DNA of 64,000 nucleotides. Source: Heterodontus francisci (Eukaryota). The first letter of the stretch is position 1. Each line of letters starts with the position of its first letter. The notes under the pieces are model-generated. The model worked only from the letters and a program-made list of their open reading frames with translations, searched no databases and was not told the DNA's origin. Positions 1 through 7,051 of this stretch are shown here, piece by piece. Where the stretch lies: positions 66,830,862-66,894,861 of the forward strand of contig NC_090399.1 in the NCBI RefSeq assembly GCF_036365525.1, read 5' to 3'. The position numbers and the translations under genes are program-made.

Positions 1-1245
1 CCTGACCTCCTCCTCTTTATCCCCCTCCTCTTCCTGCCTCCTCCTCCTCCTCTTCTTGCCTCCTTCTCTTCTCCCTGCCTCCTCCTCTTCTCCTCTTCCT
101 GCCTCGTCCTCCTCTTGACCAGCTCCTCTTCCTGCCTCTCCTCTCCTTCCTTCTCCTCTTCTTCACCTCTTTTCCTGACACCTCCTCTTCTTCTTCCTCC
201 TCCTCCTCCTCTTATTCCTCCTCCTCTCCTCTTCTTCTTCCTGCCTCCCCCTCATCCGGCCTCCTCCTCTTCCTGCCTCCTGCTTTGTCCTCCTCCTCTT
301 CCTTCCTCCTCCTATACCTCCTCCTCCTGCCTCCTCCTATACCTCCTCCTCCTCTTCCTGCCTCCTCCTCCTCTTCCTGCCTCCCCCTCATCCTGCCTCC
401 TCTTCTCCTCCTCCTCTTCCTGCCTCCTCCTCCTCTTCTTTCCTGCCTCCTCTTCCTTCCTGCCTCATCTTCTTCCTGCCTCCTCCTCTTTTCCCTGCCT
501 CCTCCTCTTCTCCCTGCCTCCTCCTCTTCTCCCTGCCTCCCCCTCCTCTTCCTGCACTCTGCACTTCCTGCCTCCTCCTCTTCCTGCCTCCTCCTCTTCC
601 TGCCTCCTCATCTTTCTGCCTCATCTTCTCCTCCTCTTCTCCTCTTCCTGCCTCCGCCTCTTCTCCTCCTCCTCCTGCCTCGTCCTCTTCTGCTCCTCCT
701 CATCTCCTCCTCCTCCTCCTCTCCTTCCTCCTCCTCTTCTTCCTCCCCCCTCCTCTTCTTCCCCCTCTTCCTGCCTACTCCACTTCCTGCCTCCTCCTCT
801 TCTCCTCCTACCCTTCCTGTCTCCTGCTCTTCTTCCACCTCCTCTCACTGACTTCTCATCTTCTTCCTCCCCTCTTCCTGCCTGATCCTCTTCCACTTCC
901 TCCCACTCTTCCTGCCTCCTCTTCATCCTCCGCCTCTTCCTGCCTCCTCCCCTTCCTGCCTCCTCCCCTTCTCCTCCTCCTCTTCTCCTCCTTCTCTTCT
1001 TGCCTCCTCCCCTTCCTGCCTCCTCCTCTTCTCCTCCACCTCTTCCTGTCTCATCTTCCTGCATCCTCCTCTTCCTTCCTCCTCCTCTTCCTCTCCTCCT
1101 ACTACCTCCCCCTCTTCTTCCCCCTCCTCCTTTTTGCCTCCTCCTCATCCTGTCTCCTCCTCTTCTCCTCCTCCTCTTCCTGCTTCCTCCTCCTTCGCTT
1201 CCTGCCTCCTCCTCTATTTCCTCCTCCTCCTCATCCTGCCTCCTC
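1..1245. repeat. Degenerate (CCT/CTT)n polypyrimidine low-complexity tract, in the intron downstream of the MHC alpha2 exon
   Basis: Almost purely C/T on the + strand with recurring cctcctcctcttcctg; it produces the Pro/Ser/Leu and Glu/Arg/Gly ORFs. Confidence 0.95.
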
Positions 1246-1274
1246 ACCATCCCCACAATAACACCACTGTCTGC

Positions 1275-2419
1275 CCCTCACCCACTTTCAGTCCTGCTCC
1301 CTGCACTCACTTGCCGACTCTCAGCACCCCCACTCCCCACTCACTCACTCTCAGTTCCCCTCCCTCCCACTCTCAGTTCCCCCCACTCACCCACTCTCAG
1401 TTCCCCCATCCACTCACCGACTCTCAATCCTGCCCCCCGCCCTCAATTGCCAACTCTCAATACCTCCACTCCATACTCACTCACCTACTCTCAGTTCTGC
1501 CCCTCACTCACCCACTCTCATCCCCCCCGCCCACTCATCCACTCTCAGCCCTCTCCCTGCCCTCACCTGCCAACTCTCAGTACCCCCACTCACTCACTCA
1601 CTCTCAATCCTGCCCCCCCACCCTCACTTGCCGACTCTCAGTGCCCCCACTCACTCACCCACTCTCAGGCCTGCTCCCCGCCCTCACCTGCCGACTCTCA
1701 GTGCCATCACTCCCCACTCACTCACCCACTCTCAGTCCTGTCCCTCGCCCTCACTTGCCGACTCTCAGTACCCTCACTCACTCACCCACTCTCAGTCCCC
1801 CTGCCCACTCACCCACTTTCAGTCCTGCCCTCTCCGCCCTCACTCGCCGACTCTTAGTGCCCCCACTCACTCACCCACTCTCAATCCTGCCCCCCCACCC
1901 TCACTTGCCGACTCTCAGTGCCCCCACTCACTCACCCACTCTCAGTCCTGCTCCCCGCCCTCACCTGCCGACTCTCAGTGCCATCACACCCCACTCACTC
2001 ACCCACTCTCAGTCCTTTCCCTCGCCCTCACTTGCCGACTCTCAGTACCCCCACTCACTCACCCACTCTCAGTCCCCCTGCCCACTCACCCACTTTCAGT
2101 CCTGCCCTCTCAGCCCTCACTCGCCGACTCTTAGTGCCCCCACTCACTCACCCACTCTCAGTCCTGTCTCCCACCCTCACTTGCCGACTCTCAGTACCCC
2201 CACTCCCCGCCCACTCACCCACTCTCAGTCCTGCCCCCCGCCCTCACTCGTCGACTCTCAGTACCCCTACTTCCCGCCCACTCACCCACTCTCAGTCCTG
2301 CCCCCCGCCCTCACCTGCCGACTCTCAGTACCCCCACTCCCCGCCCACTCATCCACTCTCAGTCCTGCCCCCCGCCCTCACTTGCCGACTCTCAGTACCA
2401 CCACTCCCCACTCACTCAC
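1275..2419. repeat. ~58-63-bp minisatellite abutting the alpha2 splice donor, with an internal 277-bp duplication
   Basis: Unit resembles cccactctcagtcctgccccccgccctcacttgccgactctcagtacccccactcactca. Marker variants gtgccatcac (1701/1978) and ctcttagtgc (1851/2128) recur 277 bp apart. Confidence 0.9.
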
Positions 2420-2692
2420 CCGGTCTCAGTTCGTTCTCTCCAGGTTTCAGGAATTCATTCAGCCAGGCGATGCACTCCTGCTCCAGGTAATCCTTCCACC
2501 GCTGGTTCCTGGCAGTGTCTCTGTCCCACTCCTGTTTGGTCAGCACCATGAATGGTGCCACTGCGACCCACACCATGTTCTCTTTGTCTCATACGATGGG
2601 ATCCTTCCCGTCCCAGCCATCTTGATAAAACCCCCAGGTACTCCCATCTTCCCGCAGCTCACAGCCGTACACTGTCTGGAGTATGTGAATCC
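2420..2692 (-). pseudogene. MHC class I heavy chain alpha2-domain exon with in-frame stop
   Basis: Manual translation: (G)[89 protein letters not shown]. Class I motifs YGC, WDGKD, TK..W and YL...C..WL are present. Acceptor ttgacag, donor gtgagt, 273 bp, phase 1/1; TGA at 2591-2589. Confidence 0.93.
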
Positions 2693-2699
2693 CTGTCAA

Positions 2700-2900
2700 T
2701 CAAACACACACAGCCATTCAGAGCCCTCTCCACCACGTTCAAACAGATAGCCAGTCAGAGCCCCCACCGCCAATCAAACTGTCAATCAACCACACAGCCA
2801 ATCAGACTGAGACCCCGACAATCCTCCACTGACAGCCAAACACAGCCTGGCCCAGAGAGCCCACCCTCCCCGCAATGTCAATCAAAGACAGCCAATCAGG
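2700..2900. repeat. Old degenerate repeat carrying the (a)cagccaatcaga motif; continues at ~3965-4178 and ~4972-5090
   Basis: About ten variants of acagccaatcaga spaced roughly 40-90 bp apart, interrupted by LINE/Penelope insertions. Confidence 0.6.
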
Positions 2901-2901
2901 G

Positions 2902-3380
2902 GAGGTGAGAGTGACTGCCCTTGACATCAAGGCAGCATTTGACTGAATACGGCATCAAGCAGCCCCAGCAAAACTGGAGTCAATGGGAATCAGGCAGAAA
3001 ACCTACCGCTGGCTGGAGCCATACCTAGCACAAAGGAAGATGGTTGTGGTTGTTGGAGGTCAATCATCTGAGCTCCAGGACATCACTGCAGGAGTTCCTC
3101 AGGGTAGTGTCCTAGGCCCAAACATCTTCAGCTGCTTCATCAATGACCTTCCTTCAATCATAAGGTCAGAAGTGGAGATGTTCACATTTGATTGCACAAT
3201 GTTCAGCACCATTCGTGACTCCTCAGATACTGAAGCAGTCCGTGTAGAAATGCAGCAAGACCTGGACAATATCCAGGCTTGGGCTGATAAGTGGCACACA
3301 AGTGCCAGGCAATGACCATCTCCAACAAGAGCATATCTAACCATTTCCCCCTGATGTTCACAAGCATTACCATCGCTGAA
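2902..3380 (+). mobile_element. CR1-clade LINE reverse-transcriptase fragment
   Basis: ORF 2983-3315 contains GVPQGSVLGP.IF..FINDL, a degenerate FADD (MFTFD) and QQDLDNIQAWADKW; upstream is EVRVTALDIKAAFD. Confidence 0.92.
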
Positions 3381-3381
3381 A

Positions 3382-3925
3382 AGGGGGAGCCTGTCATGCT
3401 CTGAAATGATCAAACTCAATGTTCAGTCCGGCAGGTTGTAGCAACTGAATATTGAGTTTAATAATTTCAGAGCATGTCAGGCCCCACCCCCCCACCCGAT
3501 TTATTTTCAGTTTTTTTTTCTTTTTATTTTATTTTAGTTTGTTTCATAATTCATTTTTCTTACCATATGCCTGCCCACTCTTTTTTCATGTTTGAGCTTG
3601 GGACCAGGCTGTTCAGTTTTCTGTCAATTAACACCCTCTCTGCACTAACACTTTGTCTTTTACCACACCATTAACATACCGTTTGCCTTTGCTCCATGAC
3701 CTTCTGGTCAGTTATTCTCTGTGACCTTGTCCTATCAGCACCATCTCTTTGGTTATCTCTTGCCCCCCACCAACCCCCGCTTTACTTGCTCAAAATCTAT
3801 TACATTTCTAGCCAATGCAAATTCTGATGAAGGGTCACTGACCTGAAACGTTAATTCTGCTTCTCTCTCCACAGACGTTGTCAGATCTGCTGAGTATTTC
3901 CAGCACTTCTTGTTTTTGTTAACAA
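3382..3925 (+). mobile_element. Penelope-like element 3' fragment with a short inverted 5' piece (~3382-3440)
   Basis: Similar in inverted orientation to 4179-4650. catgctctgaaat...atttcagagcatg forms an inverted junction, and the fragment ends in the hammerhead/tail segment. Confidence 0.75.
3817..3860 (+). ncRNA. Minimal type I hammerhead ribozyme motif (Penelope pLTR type)
   Basis: gcaaatt CTGATGA a gggtca c tgacct GAAA cgtt aattctgc: CUGAUGA and GAAA cores, hairpin II, palindromic ACGU helix III, and flanking helix I aatt/aatt. Confidence 0.65.
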
Positions 3926-4178
3926 AAACAGTGCCTGGCTCACACTTACCCCATCGTCTCCCCACTGGCAATCAAACATACACAGCCAATCAGAGGTCCC
4001 ATGTCAAACTCATACACAGCCAGAGGTCCCATGGCAAACACACACAACCAATCAGAACACTGCCCGCAGCGAACCACCCTCCACAGACTGTCAATAAAAG
4101 AACACCAAATCAGATCCTGGTGCACAGGGACCACAGCCACTCACCAACAACTTTTAATCAAACATACAGCCAATCAGA

Positions 4179-4971
4179 AATGAAAACAAGAAATGCTGGA
4201 ACCACTCAGCAGGTCTGGCAGCATCTGTGGAAAGAGAAGCAGAGTTAACGTTTTGGGTCAGTGACCCTTCTTCGGAACGAGCAACTATTAGAAATGTCAA
4301 AGGTTATAAGCAAGTGAGCCGGGGGTGGGGCAAGAGATAACAAAAGAGAAGGTGTAGATTGGACAAGGCCACAAGGCTGACCAAGAGATCATGGAGCAAA
4401 GGCAAACAATATGTTAATGGTGTGTTGAAAGACAAAGCATTAGTACAGATAGGGTTTTAACGAACTGAAGATTGAACAGCAGCAAGTACAAACATGAAAA
4501 AAAAACAGTGGGTAAGCAAACTAAACAAACTACGATGAAATGAAATAAACAAAAGAAAAAAAGTTGTAAAAAATGTAAAAAAGAAAAATAACTAAAAATA
4601 AAAGTAAAATGGGGGGCCCGTCATGCTCTGAAATGATTGAACGCAATGTTCAGTCCGGCAGGCTGCAGTGTGCCTAATCGGAAAATGAGATGCTGTTCCT
4701 CGACCTTGCGTTGATGTTCAGTGGAAAACTGCAGCAAGCTCAGGATAGAGATGTGCACATGAGAGCAGAGGGGAGTGTTGAAATGGCAAGCAACCGGAAG
4801 CTCAGGGTCCTGCTTGTGGACTGATATTTGCCAGTTCTGAAGAAGGGTCACTGACCCGAAACGTTAACTCTGCTTCTCTCTCCACAGATGCTGTAAGACC
4901 TGCTGAGTATTTCCAGCATTTCTTGTTTTTATTTCAGATTTCCAGCATCCGCAGTATTTTGCTTTTATTAT
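4179..4971 (-). mobile_element. 5'-truncated Penelope-like element (GIY-YIG endonuclease C-terminus + 3' UTR) with inverted terminal copy (~4825-4971) and candidate 15-bp TSD
   Basis: ORF 4621-4851 PVACHFN..CSH...RKVEEQHLIFRLGTLQPAGLN resembles the PLE endonuclease C-terminus. 4180-4280 and 4830-4930 are inverted repeats. atacagccaatcaga flanks both ends (4164-4178, 4972-4986). Confidence 0.82.
4833..4869 (+). ncRNA. Minimal type I hammerhead ribozyme motif (Penelope pLTR type)
   Basis: agtt CTGAAGA a gggtca c tgaccc GAAA cgtt aact: intact cores, hairpin II, helix I agtt/aact. Confidence 0.65.
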
Positions 4972-5235
4972 ATACAGCCAATCAGAGCCTGGACCACAAA
5001 GACCCCCAACCTCCCACCAAGTCAAACTCACAGCCAATCAAAGCACAGAGCACGTAGAATTTCCCTCCCTCAACTGCCAATCAGAGCACGGTTCACAGAG
5101 AACCCAGAGGTTAGGGGTGATGAGGGAGTGGGCGGAGCCACCCGGATCACCGTGACCCCGGGTCACGTACCCCCACCCGCTCCTAGTCTGAGGCCCCATT
5201 CCATGCCCTGATCCCCGAGAGGGGGGATGACTCAC

Positions 5236-5496
5236 CGGCTGACTGGTTGTTCCGTTTCATGAGGGTCTGAATCTGGGCCTTTGCAGTCTGCTCCCAAATC
5301 CGCAGCCTCTGTGTCTGTTCCTGCCAGAAATCAGGACCCTGACTCTCCGCCATCCACAGCTGCCGAAAGGTCGCCTTCTGAAGGTTGCAATCGTAGTAAT
5401 CAAACTGAGCCTCATCCACATAACCGACAGAAAAAATCTCTGGGAGACCGGGAATCGGGGTCATTGAGGTAAAGGAAAACCGGAGCGAATGAAAGC
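5236..5496 (-). pseudogene. MHC class I heavy chain alpha1-domain exon (open frame; same probable pseudogene as the alpha2 exon)
   Basis: (G)FHSLRFSFTSMTPIPGLPEIFSVGYVDEAQFDYYDCNLQKATFRQLWMAESQGPDFWQEQTQRLRIWEQTAKAQIQTLMKRNNQSA, with HSLR, VGYVD, GPDFW and the NQS glycosylation site. Acceptor tctctgcgtttcag, donor gtgagt, 261 bp, phase 1/1. Confidence 0.95.
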
Positions 5497-5504
5497 CTGA
5501 AACG

Positions 5505-6137
5505 CAGAGAGAGAGAGACATCAGGGCATGAACCCCAAAACATCAACCCCAAAGAGAGAGAGACATCAGGGCATGAACCCCAAAACATCAACCTCAGAGA
5601 GAGAGAGAGAGAAACATCAGGGCATGAACCCCAAAACATCAACCCCACAGAGAGAGAGACATCAGGGCATGAACCCCAAAACATCAACCCCACAGAGAGA
5701 GAGACATCAGGGCATGAACACCAAAACGTCAACCCCAGAGAGAGAGAGAGAGACATCAGGGCACGAACCCCAAAACATCAACCCCAAAGAGAGAGACATC
5801 AGGGCATGAACCCCAAAACATCAACCCCAAAGAGAGAGACATCAGGGCATGAACCCCAAAACATCAACCCCAAAGAGAGAGAGAGAGACATCAGGGCATG
5901 AACCCCAAAACATCAACCCCACAGACAGAGAGACATCAGGGCATGAACCCCAAAACATCAACCCAACAGAGAGAGAGAGAGACATCAGGGCATGAACACC
6001 AAAATATCAACCCCAGAGAGAGAGACATCAGGGCAGGAACGCCAAAAAATCAACCCCACAGAGAGAGAGAGACATTAGGGCATGAACCCCAAAACATCAA
6101 CCCCAGAGAGAGAGAGAGACATCAGGGCATGAACCCC
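5505..6137. repeat. ~43-51-bp minisatellite (~14 copies) with variable (GA)n, abutting the alpha1 acceptor
   Basis: Unit (ga)n catcagggcatgaaccccaaaacatcaacccc. Confidence 0.95.
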
Positions 6138-6530
6138 TGATTCCTATCGACTCCAGTTTTGCTAGGGCTCCTTGATGCCGTACTCGGTCAAATGCTGCCT
6201 CGATGTCAAGGGCAGTCACTCTCACCTCGTCCCTGGAGTTCAGCTGTTTTGTCCATGATTGGGCCAAGGCTGTAATGAGGTCAGGAGCTGAGTGGCCCTG
6301 GTGGAACCCAAACTGAGTGTCACTGAGCAGGTTATTGCTGAGCATGTGGCGCTTGATGGCACTGTCAATGACACCTTCCATCACTGATGATTAAGAGTGG
6401 ACTGATAGGGCGGTAATTGGCTGGGTTGGATTTGTCCTGCTGTTTTGTGGACAGGACGTGCCTGGGCAATTTTCCACGTTGTTGGGTAGATATCAGTGTT
6501 GTAGCTGTACTGGAACAGCTTGACTTGGGG
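6135..6530 (-). mobile_element. CR1-clade LINE ORF2 fragment (N-terminal RT region)
   Basis: Minus-strand ORFs give NPANYRPIS and LLSDTQFGF.QGHSAPDL...DEVRVTALDIEAAFDRV. Confidence 0.92.
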
Positions 6531-6554
6531 ATTCGATAATTCAAGACATTTGTA

Positions 6555-6685
6555 AAGTTTATTTCCACACAACCTCAAACTCCACAACTCTCCTACTGTC
6601 TGCTGACTCACAGATTGTTTCTATTTGAATTGACACTAATATACCATTGAACCAATCAGAATTGAGGTGTCTGAATTTATTACCA
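6555..6685 (+). promoter_or_regulatory. MHC class I-type proximal promoter: ISRE-like, S, X1/X2, degenerate Y, CCAAT
   Basis: agtttatttcc (6556-6566); S core AACCT (6571-6575); 16-bp gap; X1X2-like cctactgtctgcTGACTCA (6592-6610); 15-bp gap; Y-like tgaATTGA (6626-6633); CCAATCAG (6652-6659). It lies upstream of, and in the same orientation as, the leader exon. Confidence 0.6.
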
Positions 6686-6729
6686 TCAGCACTGGGCAAA
6701 GTGCACAGACACAAAGCACTGAGTGCAAA

Positions 6730-6925
6730 GAGACAATCCAGGAAGCACAGGATCCACACTGGGCACAGAGATACAGTCCAGCAGGAACAGGATCCACACT
6801 GGGCACAGAGACACAGTCCAGCAGGAACAGGATCCGCAGTGGGCACAGAGACACAGTCCAGGAGGCACAGGATCCGCAGTGGGCACAGAGACACAGTCCA
6901 GCAGGAACAGGATCCGCAGTGGGCT
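6730..6925. repeat. 40-bp tandem repeat (5 copies) between promoter and ATG
   Basis: caggatcc recurs at 6748, 6788, 6828, 6868 and 6908. Confidence 0.92.
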
Positions 6926-6991
6926 CAGCTCACGAACAGAGGGAAGACAGCTTCTTCGGAAAGGATTGCCAGCCCATCGAGCGAAAAAGCA

Positions 6992-7040
6992 ATGATTGGA
7001 CTGACAGTGCTCGTCCTTCTGTATGGAGGGGTCTCTGCAG
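6992..7040 (+). CDS. MHC class I signal-peptide (leader) exon
   Basis: ATG-initiated MIGLTVLVLLYGGVSA+G, 49 nt, phase-1 donor cag|gtgggt. It is a hydrophobic leader ending in a VSA cleavage site and resembles shark class I leaders as I recall them. Confidence 0.82.
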
Positions 7041-7051
7041 GTGGGTGCTCG

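Noticed and set aside
2589-2591. TGA as selenocysteine or programmed readthrough
   Set aside because: The position is normally a hydrophobic residue rather than Cys, and there is no SECIS evidence; a nonsense mutation is simpler.
115-2750. Pro/Ser/Leu-rich and Glu/Arg/Gly-rich ORFs
   Set aside because: Translations of low-complexity and minisatellite DNA; the real coding signal here is the minus-strand alpha2 exon.
5183-5521. ORF 5183-5521 as a standalone 112-aa gene
   Set aside because: It is the alpha1 exon plus intronic run-in and run-out; splice sites define 5236-5496.
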